From positions 33,852,001-33,916,000 of the forward strand of contig CM114271.1 of NCBI GenBank assembly GCA_050084515.1: a DNA stretch of 64,000 nt. Reading direction: 5' to 3'. Source of the stretch: Blasia pusilla (Eukaryota). Every line of letters begins with the position of its first letter. Position 1 is the stretch's first letter. The notes under the pieces were generated by a model, which made no database searches, was not told the DNA's origin, and worked only from the letters and a program-made list of their open reading frames with translations. The position numbers and the translations under genes were made by a program. Positions 27,884-39,843 of the stretch are shown in pieces.

Positions 27884-29467
27884 TCAAAGTAGATCGAATC
27901 CGTTGATCAACTCGATTCTCACTCTTCCCAGAGTCCCTGAGCCCAGAGACACGGCCGGGTAATAAACTCCCTCTGGCAAATTGCTCCAGGCAACTCCAAA
28001 CTTCTGCCCGTCTATGGTGTAGGAACAAGTATGTTCGAACATGTCCAGCTGCACTCGGACCCGGGCACCTTGGTATCCAAACTTCTTGCCATACGGCATC
28101 CATGGAAAACCAAGAACATTGCACTGGTTGATGAGAGTTCCACGATCGTCCATCCTCAAAGCCCATCCTGTGGGTTGTTGGGTCAAGCTGGCACCATTGA
28201 AATTGGGCTTCCCCGAATGCAAACTGCTGACCTTGTAAAGGCCCACCTCACAGAACTGGTAGCAGAGTTCTTCGATCACGATATCCCACTCGTAGACACC
28301 ATAGGGCTGGAAGATGGCATTGGAAGCTCTGGCGAAGCCATTGCCCAAATCGCACTTTTCGATGACGGATCGATCTCTCCCGATCCTGTAGAAACTGGCA
28401 TGAGCTCCGTCCTCCCATGTGCCCTTCGCAACCCTCGGCCTCTGCAGCGCATGGAACCGAAAAGCGTCCATGAGACTGGCGCAAGGAATGATGTCCAGGG
28501 GCTCTATGACCTTGATGAGAAGCTCAGGGTGGATGCGTCGCAGATCGACCATGGAAATCAAGCTCGCCACGGACGAGGCTATGTCGTCCCTCAGCTGCAT
28601 GAACTGATCGAACTGGGAGCCGGACTCGTCGGAGCACCCATCCTGCACGTCTTGCAGAGGAGACGAGAAATCCATATCCTGGGGATCGTTGAGCAGAAGG
28701 AGAGCCTTCTTGGCGTCTGGAAGGTACAGCCTCACGATCTCCTCCGCCTCCTCATCTGCAGAAGCTCTGCAGCTGCACCACAGAACGATCTGCCTGAAAC
28801 GGAGGTACTCACCCAGAGACAGAATCGGACTGCCCATGTCTTCGGGCTCCTTCTTCGTCTTCGACAGGAAGTACTGGAACGCCTTTTCGGACAGGTTTCG
28901 AAGATGCACGGGCTCCAGGCACTTGGAATTCAGAACCCTCACGAGCTCCAGAGGAATCACATCCATGGAGCTGCTGATGGCAGGGAAGTCCATGGCCACG
29001 GACAGATTGCTGGCGGCCACGGTCATGTCGATGCTCAGCTCGAAGGTGCCGTCCACCAGATACTCCCACACGATGTCCTCCAGGTTCTGCAGAATGAAGT
29101 ACCTCGCGGCGCTGATCACTTCGAACGCCTTCCTCCAGCTCAAGGGGGCGTGCTCCACCATCATGCCCGTGTACAGAAACTCCAGAATCGACAGCAGAAC
29201 GGGGGACGCGATTTTGGGGAGGGAGATTTCGGACTTGCGAGAATCGGCCTTTCCGGTCATGAGCAGGCCCTTGAGAACGGGGGACCTCGCGCACAGCAGA
29301 AGGCGGCAGGCGTGCACCCGATCCCCGTCTTCGCACAAGAAAATCACATCGCTGAAGTCCACATTGTTCAGCATCTTCCTCTGATCCGCAAGCAGATCTG
29401 CAGCTGCCTGCGTCTGCGCTTGCCCTGCCTTCTCCAGAAACCTCGCCTTCACGGATGGAGCTTCCAT
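27884..29467 (-). CDS. Intronless BTB/POZ - helical (BACK-like) - SPRY/B30.2 domain protein (putative CUL3 substrate adaptor)
   Basis: The frame is open from 27884 to 29923. BTB signature FSDVIFLCEDGDRVHACRLLLCARSPVLKGLL...ILEFLYTG; SPRY signature YEWDIVIE...LDMFEHTCSYTIDG...LPEGVYYPAVSL. Start placed at MEAPS (29467) because the upstream 152 codons are tandem-repeat low complexity. Confidence 0.88.
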   Translation of the reverse strand: MEAPSVKARFLEKAGQAQTQAAADLLADQRKMLNNVDFSDVIFLCEDGDRVHACRLLLCARSPVLKGLLMTGKADSRKSEISLPKIASPVLLSILEFLYTGMMVEHAPLSWRKAFEVISAARYFILQNLEDIVWEYLVDGTFELSIDMTVAASNLSVAMDFPAISSSMDVIPLELVRVLNSKCLEPVHLRNLSEKAFQYFLSKTKKEPEDMGSPILSLGEYLRFRQIVLWCSCRASADEEAEEIVRLYLPDAKKALLLLNDPQDMDFSSPLQDVQDGCSDESGSQFDQFMQLRDDIASSVASLISMVDLRRIHPELLIKVIEPLDIIPCASLMDAFRFHALQRPRVAKGTWEDGAHASFYRIGRDRSVIEKCDLGNGFARASNAIFQPYGVYEWDIVIEELCYQFCEVGLYKVSSLHSGKPNFNGASLTQQPTGWALRMDDRGTLINQCNVLGFPWMPYGKKFGYQGARVRVQLDMFEHTCSYTIDGQKFGVAWSNLPEGVYYPAVSLGSGTLGRVRIELINGFDLL

Positions 29468-29554
29468 GTTCGCCTTGCCCTGCCGCTCCACTCCTCGCCC
29501 ACCTCGGCCTTGGAACGGAATTCTGCTCGGTCGGTGCGATTTCTGTCGGGTTCG

Positions 29555-29830
29555 GGGGATGGGTCCCGAGGAGGCAGAGGAGGAGAGTGGGCGATGGAGG
29601 AGCCCGACAGAAGTGATTGTTCGGGTGCTGTGTGAAGAGGAGGTTTGTGTCTGCTTCGGGGGGATGGGTCTTGAGGAGGCAGAGCGGAGTGGGCGAGGGC
29701 GATGGAGCCCTAGAGAGGTGATTGTTGTTCGTTCGGGTGGTGTAGGGAAGAGATTCGTGTCTGGTTCTGTTGGGGATGGGTCCTGAGGAGGCAGAGGGGG
29801 AAGTGGGCGATGGAGCCCTAGGGAAGTGCT
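29555..29830. repeat. ~105-110-bp tandem repeat, 3 copies, upstream of the BTB gene start
   Basis: ggggatgggtc..gaggaggcagag...gggcgatggag near 29555, 29659 and 29771. Confidence 0.85.
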
Positions 29831-31713
29831 TGTTCGGGTGGTGCGAGGTGAGATTTGTGCGCGGTTTGCTTCATGGGGCCGGGACTTACTTGGCCCGAGC
29901 GAGAAAGGATAGACAGCATCCACCGAACTCTAGAGCGGGCTGCAGCCCCATCACCTGCTACATGCGAGTTCGAAATTCCATGCCTTGAAGGAGAGGGCGA
30001 TTTCCATTTCGGAAGAGACTGTCTTCGGAAATCTCGCTGCCATGCCTCTTGCAGCTCTCGAGTCGGTCGGACTATTCGAGGTCAGCTCGCTCATCCTTCT
30101 TTTCTCTCTCTCTGTCTCTTCTCCTCTTCTCTCCTCCTCTTTTCTTCTAGCCTAAGACGGACAGATTCGGTCAGACTATTCCTTCACTTCCCTCTCTCTC
30201 TGTTTGCTCCACTTCACTCCTAGAGCAGGACTGGCAGAGTCAAACTACTCCAGTGTAGCACTCCCACGCACACCTCCTTTCCTTCTTTTCTCTCTCTCTC
30301 TTTCTATCTATCTGTCTGTGCTTCACTTCTATCTGAAGAACAAACGAAGCCTATCCCAAGATAGATAGGCATGCTTCTCCACCCACGCCTTCATTCCTTC
30401 ATTCCTTCTTTTCTCTCTCTCTCTCTCTCTCTCTCTGTGGCAAGCACAAACATAGCCTACCTACAACAGCTCTGAGAGGCTTTCTCTCCAGCTCCAGCAC
30501 AGAACGACAGACAGCTTCAGGCACCGCCAATGCAGAACAGCCAAGCTACCCCGTCTCCCCACCCAGCAACCCAGAAATCCGGATACCCTTTGCTCCATCC
30601 CTTCTGACCTGCCTCCCCCTCTCACCCTCCTCCTCCTCCTCTTTCGACCACACGACTCTCAACGCACTGCCTCTATAGCCTCGCTCTCTCGTACGGCCCA
30701 TCGCATCGATGGGCTTTCCTCAGCCGCCTCCGATGAGTTGCTGACGCACTGAGATTCTGGCGAAAGTGGAGACGCATTCGGAGGGTGAGGTTGTTACGAT
30801 GAGCAGGAGTAGGAGGGGTGTTTCCCATGTCGAAGCGAGCGAGTCGAGGGAAGAGCGCACTCTGATCCTCCCTGATATCAGAGCCTTCTGATCCTCCCTG
30901 ATTGCAGGGCCTTCTTGGCCTCGAGCTACTTGTTCGTGGGGTTGCGAGATCGTCGGAAGAGGCCTGTCTGATGATTCCTGATACTAGATAGAGCCTTTTT
31001 GGCCTCGAGGCCTCCTGGTGGGGTTGTGAGATCCGTGGAATAGTGTACTTTGATGCCTTTTGAGATGGGAGGCATCGACGACCTCTTCGTTCATCGATGG
31101 TTTGCTCGAGCAAAGATCGATCGATGGCGCTCTCCTGATCTCTTGGTGGATCGAACTTGGAGGGTTTGTCGGTTGTTCGTGGCGAATCTCAGCCACAATG
31201 CTCGGGTGGGTATTGGCTGGGCGAGTTTGAGTAGTTGCAACCAAGTCGCGTGGAATCGTCTCGGCATGGGAAGGACAATAGTTTCGTTCCCCAGTAGGTC
31301 GATTACCTCGAATCTATGTCAAGCGCATGAATGGAACTTCGGTGAGCTCCCACTCTCTGGCTCAGTTCCTCTGAAGGTCTGCAGAGGGATTGGATAATTT
31401 GCAGAAAGGGAGTGTTGGCTCGATTTGCCTACTATGTCCTATCATGGACGATCGAATCGAGACAATTCGGCTTCTGCTTATTCTCATCATCTGGACCGAA
31501 ATTTCGCGAACTGCTGGAGAGAACTCCCAGAAATGGACATGGGAACTTGCCATGTTTGTCGTCAGCTGAAGAGATCGAATTGTAGGTGCTGAAACCCATA
31601 GCAATCCAATTTTTCTACATATCAAAGAGCTCACTTTACAGCAAAAGCAGCAGAGGCGACTGTAGCGTTTCATCTTTCTTCGTAGCATCTACCAAGAATA
31701 TTAGGAGACGCTG

Positions 31714-34111
31714 TTAGTCATAAACAGAAAAGTTCTGAGACAGAGGTGCTAGACCCCGTGCCGATCCTCGTTTCCTCGATTGCTTTCCATGTCCACGTTG
31801 TCTTCTTCTCTCCTTCATGAGCCTCTTTGCTTGCAGAAGCTTTGAATGACGAGCCTGCATATGTGATTTGAGACCGTGCTTTGTATCGAATCGTTGTCCG
31901 CAGTGAGGGCACTGCCCAACCTCTGTATGCTTTAGCCCTGCAGCTCATTCCAAGATTGCTTACTTTCAGAACACGTCCAACAAGGGATACCAGGAACACC
32001 TAGCAAGCAGTACCAATTCATCGTAGAAATGTGGCATGAGACACGTTTATAATCGTGACTCCACTCCCAAAACCTTTCAGATGACGAACCTTTTTCTAAA
32101 CGGGATGACGGTGATTTGGAGTCATGTGGATCCGAGAATTCCTCCAGGAGTCCCGAACCCGAATAAAGAAGATGCTCCTTTGAGCTGCTTGGAACAACCG
32201 CAGAAAGGTCTCTCATGAAAGTCTCCTCTTCTTCAGCTGCTTGAATCTTCTCCAACTGTGAGTAAAATCAACAGCTTCAGAGGTAGATCGACTGCCACAA
32301 CAAGACTGCAGCTCACTTGATTGGTGAAAACCAGAAGGTTCCCAAGCATATGCTCCATCCATTGTCGGAATCCCGGTGAGAAAGGCGAGCCCACCTTACG
32401 CTGGAGTTTTCGGTCACGCTCTTCACGCTTTGCCTTTTGTATTTGTCTGATCTCTTCCTGTGCGGCTTCATGTGCAGCATTTGGATTGAAACCTAGGCCT
32501 ACAGTCCAGAACAGCATCCACAATCAAAACCAGAACGGCAAGAAACATTCGAGCCACCAAGCTTGCAAAATTCTGAAACGAGTCACCTCCAACCGTGAAG
32601 AAAGAATATTAGAAATGATATCCAGTAGAGCTTCAACCCATGCACGAAAAGCAAAATCCAGCATGCTTAGAGGAGAGATGTGGTCATTCCCCTTCAGCAC
32701 ACTTGCAACGACATAAAAACCCATGTACAATACTTCCATGAAGAGTTCGTGCGCAAGCCATGAAAAGTTCAGGGCTCTGAAAGAGAAGTTCACATCAGTG
32801 CAAAAAATCCAGCCTACTTAGGAGAGATGAAGGTCATTCCCCTTCAGCACTCTTCCAACAACTTACAAACCCATGTACAATACTTCCATGGAAAGTTAGT
32901 GAGCAAGCCATGAAAAGTTCAGGGCTCCGGAAGTAGTTCACATGAGTGCAAACAATCCAGCCTACTTAGAGGAGAGATGTGGTCATTCCCCTTCAGCACT
33001 CTTCCAACAACTTACAAACCCATGTACAATACTTCCATGAAAAGTTCGTGTGCAAGCCATGAAAAGTTCAGGGCTCTGGAAGTGGTTCACATGAGTGCAA
33101 AAAATCCAGCCTGCTTAGAGGAGAGATGTGGTCATTCCCCTTCAGCACTCGTCTAACGATTTACAAACCCATGTACAATGCCTCCTTGAAAAGTTCGTGT
33201 GCAAGCCATGAAAAGAGGTTCACATCAGTGCAAATCACTCTATCCAGCAATGCACTACAAGCAAGACAGGATTGCAGATCATACCCAGGTGACCAAGCCT
33301 CTGTGTAGGTAGGATAGGTTCAACGATTCCCTTCCTCGACTGCCCCAGGCCTGTGTTCTCAGTCTGCACCAAGACAACACAAAATTCGTTGAGAGAAACT
33401 TCCAATGGTCATGCGGCTTCGAGATTGCAGTGAGTGCATTTTAAGATCTCGTTCTGTTGAAACACGAGCTCAAACAAACTCCTCCAAGGATCGAAAGAAA
33501 TCGTGGTTCACTAGACCCCAATTCCCCACGGAGAAACGCTTGGCGCGAAGATATGGCAAGTCGGCAGGGAACGAACGAGAACAAAAATTAGGGTGCATTA
33601 CCGTTCCACAGATCATCGGACGTTTTCCACAGATCATCGGAGGTTTTCGTCAGACATAGGATACACATCGAAACTAAAACACTCCCACGAACTCCTACAT
33701 AGAACTGCAGCAGAATAGCAGCAAAATTGCAGGAGAAGTGCAGAAAAGAAATCACACGAATCTGTACAAATGCGATCAAGACGAGTCTCGGAGAAAATTC
33801 CCACAGCCAACACAATCCTTCGAAACCTCGCAACACCCAATCCCACTCACCCAACCCATCGATCTGAGCATACGAAACCCGACCCCACCGGCAATCCGCG
33901 CTCCCCCATCCCTCAATTCTGCACCCGTCGAGGCCGCCACCTTCGAATCCCCAACCGCTCCCACCGTCAAAGCCCCCACACCCCCCAACTTCACATCGGC
34001 AGGAATCGCAGCAGCAGAATCCACAGCCCCTCTGACGCCATCGCCATCGCCTTCGACATCGACTTCGGGCGATTCGGTGTGGCGAGGGCGATAGTGGCGA
34101 GTCTTGTTCAT
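31714..34111 (-). CDS. G-patch domain protein with a C-terminal C2H2 zinc finger (5 predicted exons, ~277 aa)
   Basis: Exons 34111-33851, 33363-33285, 32498-32395, 32255-32090 and 31937-31714 have GT-AG borders and compatible phases. Splicing rebuilds GVGFRMLRSMGW|TENTGLGQSRKGIVEPILPTQRLGHL|GLGF (G-patch); the last exon has CPHCGQRFDTKHGLKSHMQARH. Donors of exons 3 and 4 have alternatives. Confidence 0.8.
32653..33233. repeat. ~149-bp tandem repeat, 4 copies, in intron 2 of the G-patch gene
   Basis: aatccagc.t.cttagaggagagatgtggtcattccccttcagcac... with periods 151, 148 and 149. Confidence 0.95.
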
Positions 34112-34307
34112 AGGGCTTTCTTTGGCACAAAGCAGACGCAAGGTCCCAACAATCGGTAGCCTAGAAAGTCCACCGGTGGAAGTATTTAGCACTTGCCACC
34201 TCCGCTATCTCACCCACTGCCTCCTCCTCCTCCGTCCCTGCCTCGCTTAACCGACTCCCTTTCAAACCGACTCCCTTTCAAACCGACTGCTTCAGTCACT
34301 GAGTGTT

Positions 34308-34320
34308 TGAGTGAGTGAGT

Positions 34321-34356
<36 letters not shown>

Positions 34357-34366
34357 GTGAGTGAGT

Positions 34367-34406
<40 letters not shown>

Positions 34407-34604
34407 AAGGACAGAGAACCAGTGCTTGTCAATACTAGAATTGCCAGAGAGGGAGTTGCAAGTCGAGTTGGATTTCTAGTCCACGGAGAGAGAAAGAGAG
34501 AGAGGATTTATTGTCCAAGGGAGCAAGAGCAAGGACAGAGAACGAGTGCTTGTCGACACTGATTTGCCAGAGAGGGAGTTTCGAGTTGAGTTCGATTTCT
34601 AGTC

Positions 34605-34635
<31 letters not shown>

Positions 34636-34742
34636 GGTTTATTGTCCAATGGAGCTAGAGCAAGGATAGAGAACGAGTGCTTTTCAACACTAAATTGCCC
34701 GAGAAGGAGCTTTGAGTTGAGTTGGATTTCTGCTCCACGGGG
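34308..34742. repeat. (GAGT)n/(GA)n microsatellites and a ~125-130-bp unit repeated 3 times
   Basis: aaggacagagaac.agtgcttgtc...gatttctagtccacgg at 34407, 34531 and 34662, separated by GA runs. Confidence 0.9.
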
Positions 34743-34973
34743 AGCCTACGGGACCTCACCCATATGTGGGCGCAATAGTGACATCGCATCCCACAGGCAC
34801 CTTTGCATCTGTCCGGGGTTCCCACGGCTGAGCTTTGCCTTTTTAGTGAAAGCTTGCAATTTTTTTCTTGACCCGGGAGAAAAGTCAAGTCACACACATG
34901 AAAGGAGTTCGCTCTCTCGAATATGTACCCTAGCTAGGAGACTCCACTGCCCTGGGGTTGGTGGGAATTGAAG

Positions 34974-35006
<33 letters not shown>

Positions 35007-35333
35007 TCTATCTAACCAGAGAGGAAGTAAGTGACCTGCGTTTTGGTCTTAGATGGGGGGAGAGGACTGAGGAAAATGGGGGTGTGAGTGGGACGGTATT
35101 CGCTACTTGCAGGTTCAATCCCCGAGGTTGTGTGAAGTGGGAGGAGCTGGTGTGCTTGATCGAAGGGGAGTAGGAGTTTGGGTGAATCGGTGGGGGAGAG
35201 AGGATGGGGATGGTCGTGAGTAATATGGGGAGGATAGAAGATGGTGGGTTGTTGTAGCGAGTGCTGGAATTAGTGAGGGGGTGAGGGTTCTGGGAATGAG
35301 CTTTGGAGGCGGGGAGGGAAGTGTCTGGTGGAG

Positions 35334-38300
35334 ATGAAGGCTGAGGAGAACAGTGACGCCAGGGCGCAATCGGTGAAGGGCGATGGGTCTGCTTGCTCAG
35401 TTTTGAAAGTGGCCTACAACGATTGTTTCAATAGGTGCGGTTCGATTTTCATTTGTGCTCGCTTTGCGAATTTCAATGAGCCCCGTTCCTGACTTAGGCA
35501 TGACTGTGCTCTGCTGGGAAGCCGCAGAATTGCAGATAATTTGAGTGCATTCTTGAGGAGGCTTAGGTTCTGTGATGCATGTCCAGGATTCACTGAATCG
35601 GGTGATTAGTCCTGGGAAGTTGGGTAGGGCATTCGACCGATGCTTTCATACAGCAGAGCTCCATCTGATGGACCCACGGAGCTCCTGCTGGAAATTGGTT
35701 TTCGATATGGGCATTCACAATAGCATATGGCAGTGGTCTCCAGGAGGACGTTCTTGCAAAGATCGTAGTTGAGCTGAGTACTCACTAACATAGCATTGGA
35801 ATGCCGTGATACTTCCTTCCCTTCGTCACGTGGGTACTGGATGAATTGGATGTGAACTGAAGGAACTGCTCGCAACCCAAAGACATTGGTGCTTTCCTTG
35901 TGAAGACCCAATTTAATCTAATAGAGAGCATCCTTACGGTGATTGCCAGATGATTCATGTCGAAGCCGGCTTATAACTCTGGATTGGAGCAGCCCGGCTA
36001 TGTGGGTCAGATGCGGAATCATCTTCAAGGTTGTGAGCGTTCATTCAAGAAAGGAAGGGATAACCCCAGACATTTTTTAGATGAGTGGAGATTTCACCTG
36101 CACAGCGCAGAGATCATCTTGTGAATGACATCGAACTCTTGAAATTAGGGTTCTTGGATTCTGGTTTTCTTTTCAATAGTCACTTACGTGACTATGCCAT
36201 AGACCGTGCAATTGGTGTAAGGAATCTGTGAAAACGTAATAATCCTGCACTTAGGTCAAATTTTCCACCAACCAAATTGAGAGTTCATGGAATGGTTCAT
36301 GGGATACTCACAAAAGATCGCCATTGATACAGAAAAAGACGACTGTCCAATACGCAAAAAAGTTTCTCATATGCTTTTGTTATAAGTGCTGTCCACAGCA
36401 CTTCCAGTCAAAATTGTGTGCTGATTGGTATCTTGGGTTTTTTGTGTGGTCACACAGATGGTATACAGACAAGTTTCTGAAAGGTCAGTGGGAGAAAGAG
36501 GAGTGCACCGTAGAATGGGAGGCATATCGAGCCTGCCTTGCGGTATGTACTCTATCCCCTTCTTAAACTGGGCTCTCACCCAGTTGATACAGCTGAAGCA
36601 CCTGCATTCTATTTCTGTCTTTTGCCACATTAAATGGGATTGCTGCAAGTTCTGTGGATATTTTATTTTGTTGCTGGAATGCATATCTTAATTTCTCAGT
36701 ACTTTGGAAAACACTGTAAGGAACAAATGATTGGTTGATTGGTTGATAGAGACTGAAAGTCCACAGGAAACCAGAAGGACCATAGGAGTGAGAACTACAG
36801 TGCCATATGTGAGGGAATTCCATTTGTGGGTGGTGATTTGTGCATGGTGAACATGATGCTCGGGATGGTAGTGAGCCAATTTTTGTGATCCTAAGTGTAC
36901 AAAAACTTACCCACTGTTGGAATCAAGGGTGGAAACCAGTCAAAAAGTTGCAGTGAATTATCTTTATGCAGACTGCACCTGAATGATTCTTGTTACCAAT
37001 TTCCTCAACTTCTTAGTCTGTGCACATCCTCAATCGTTCAAATGTGGTTGACCCTTGCGTCTCCATCCAAGTTATGGGATCCCCAACTAAATCTAGAGCT
37101 GTCCCGGTTGCTGTGGACGTAGGAGCTGCCCAGGGTTCAAACTTAGGTTGGATGACTTGGGAGTATCTGCTACTCGTTTGACCTTTTTGTGTCCTGATTA
37201 TTCGAATGAATGAAATGATTTATTGTCCATGGGGGTCCAAGAAGGAAGATGGGACTTTGATTCGTAGCTTTTACGAATCAAAGTGAGAACCCAAATGAAG
37301 AGAACCTAAGAGGTCATCTGGTCCAGGTGGTGTTCCCTGGCCTTCACACACCTGTGTACGAATTTGGCAATCTGAACTTGCTTGTTGCTAGTCATGAAGT
37401 CAGCAACCGTGAGGGTAAGACCTTGGAAGAGATCTGGGAACTCAAGTCTAGTGTACCCGTGGTAATTGCACTTGGATAGAAAATTTTCTACATCATCTAA
37501 AATTCCTTAGCTACAATGCTTACATAATCTGTCCTCTCTTTTGGTTTGTGAGAACTTTCCTCTCTCCAATTCTAAGTGTGTGGAGCCACATCTGAATCTA
37601 GCAATGTCATGATGGAGTTTCATGGACATATTGGCAGCGTGTTCAGTAGATCACTGGGTATTCATGAAAATGCAGTAACTTTGCATCCTTTCACCGTCTT
37701 TCCCAGACTGATTGCACCTCCTCTCGCATAGCTTTTGGTGGTTATCCCAGGTAATAGAGATATAGTTGTTACGCAAAATCTCCATAAATCTCCACAAATC
37801 CATTATCTAGTACTTGTAGTAGATCGTGGGGGATTGTCATTCTGACACCAAGGCATCTACGCATGAAGGGTTTTTATGGGATTTCTAGTCCCTTGGGCCA
37901 TTCATGGGTACTTGGACCCCAAACTTGCGAAGCATATGGAGTGGTTGGAATGACTATTGCTTGTAAGAGGTGGAGTTTTTGTGGTATGTTTCACATTTCC
38001 ATTCTCTTGCAATTGGAGTCCAGCAGGTGAAGACATCACATCCCTAGGTTTGCTCTGCTGCGACTGCCTTGGTTCGCCAATTGTTGTTGGCAATGAGAGC
38101 AGGTGATCAAGATTGCTGTATGCTCGCGGAAAGCCAGCTTGTCCGCAAGCCCAAGCATTGATCTCGTCCACCCAGTCACTCAACTCCCTCTCTAACAATG
38201 TTCCATACAGGTTAGTTTGGCCATGAATGAACTCGCCATAATAATTCTATAGTTGGAGCCCACCATTGGGTCCCAGGCCGTGAAAAGTGGATGTATGGTA

Positions 38301-39843
38301 TTCATCTGTGATTTGGAAGGGAATCCTTGTCGAACAGCAGGATTGAACGTGGATGTGATTGTAGGAGTAATAGCCTCATGAACATCTGAGCATGACATTG
38401 TTGGTCATCTTCAGCTTTTTTGTGTAGCTTGCGGATGCCTGATTTGACTTCTTCGAGGGTGTAAAGGTCTGGTAGGTCCATGTCCCCATCCGGCCATGGA
38501 TTGGTGGGCGTGGCAGAGTTAGAATGATACAGTTTGCGACCTTTTGTGGTTGTCCAGACCTGGAGATCTTGGACAGGAATGGAATCTTTCTTATTTCTGA
38601 ATGTTCTCCAGTGGCAGGCTGGTCTGTATTTCAGCTGCTCTATAAATTGTGAGCTCTTATCAGCAATGTACTTGAATTTCCTTCGACGCAACAGCTGTCT
38701 GGATTTGTCCCATAGCTGTTGAGTGTGAGCAGGTTGTGCTTCTCTTCTCATAGAAAGGGGGAATTTCCCCGCGCATCAACTTATATTCTTGGTCAAACCA
38801 AGGTTTGTGAAGAACGTACTTGTCGGAGTGATTCTCTTTCCGCCATACAACTGGAATGGGAAAACTTTCTTGCAACTCTCATGAAGAATACGCGCAGTTG
38901 TGCGGTGCTCAACTTTGATGAGCGGTTCTTCAATGTGTCCCTGACTAGTGCGTTGAATTCATCTGCTTTGTCTCGCATGAAAGTGTAATGGTATTTCACG
39001 GGTGGAATACCCTGCTATTCTATCATGGGCAGAGAATTGGAGAGGCATAGGTTGAAGTAGATTGGTTCATGATCAGATTCAAGCACAGGAGTAACCAATG
39101 ACTTTGGTTACCCGCGTTGGGAGCCGATGTACTTCACCGATCAGGTAATCCATTATTGACTTCGAGGTTCCTCTGTTGGATTCTGCGTGTCCCCTAGACA
39201 TTCGTCCTCCTGAGCTTGGTCAGAGAGGGATACTGTTGCCAATGGCTAAACAATGGGTAGAGCGCAGTTCCAACAGCCTGTCTCCATACTCGGATGTGCG
39301 TTTGAGGTGTGGGTGAAATTCCTCCTCCATGAGAGAGCTGTAGTCTTCTTGTTTATGTATCTCTTCCCCGGTGATGATTGGTAGATAAATTGGAGCTTGA
39401 TTGCTAGCTATTCTCCAGTGATACTATTCAGCAACATGGATAAAGCCTTCGCTCTTTGGAAAGGATTTTGGAAAAAAGAGGAAGAAAAAAGCTAACAAAC
39501 AACCTTCTCAATCTAGCTGCAGTTGGAGATCCAATTTGGAGTATAATCCTCTCAATTGCCGTCTAGTGGATTGATCAATATGATCACTGATTCTCTGATG
39601 GATCAGCGGAGGCTTTCTGGTTCAGCACTGGAGTTTAGTTATTGAGACACACTAGTCCTCAAATTCTTGTGAGATTTGATGATCCCTAAAGACTGTGTAA
39701 AGAAAAGTTGGATGGAGGAAGCTGAGCAGTTGTCTGTTGGACTTCATGATTGGGGTCGGGAGCAGAAGCGGTTGGAAGATCGAAACCTCAGCCATCTACT
39801 AAGAATGGAGACTTCCCTGAATGCTTCTAATCGCAACAATTGA
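35334..39843 (+). CDS. MDM35: MDM35/TRIAP1 (UPF0203) family twin-CX9C mitochondrial intermembrane-space protein, 3 exons, 87 aa
   Basis: Exons 35334-35434, 36458-36542 and 39766-39843 (GT-AG, in phase) give MKAEENS...SACSVLKVAYNDCFNR|WYTDKFLKGQWEKEECTVEWEAYRACLA|KRLEDRNLSHLLRME..., with two CX9C motifs and the W..KFLKG family motif. Confidence 0.9.
37650..39360 (-). mobile_element. Decayed APE-type LINE fragment (endonuclease C-terminus plus RT N-terminus) in intron 2 of the MDM35-like gene
   Basis: Minus-strand peptides SIMDYLI and ESDHEP (APE), YTLEEVKSGIRKL, IHPLF..DP..SNYR.I...S..AKL and QAGF....S.LDH (RT), broken by stops and frameshifts. Confidence 0.75.

Noticed and set aside
28031-29635. 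534-aa plus-strand ORF
   Set aside because: Antisense shadow of the GC-rich BTB-SPRY gene; no recognisable domain.
30673-31690. Additional exons of the G-patch gene or a separate gene
   Set aside because: Splice-like sites exist, but every frame I tried hits stops and shows no domain.
32653-33233. Tandem arrays (also 22737-23192, 43535-44020) as CRISPR arrays
   Set aside because: Units repeat in full with no unique spacers, there are no cas genes, and the context is eukaryotic.
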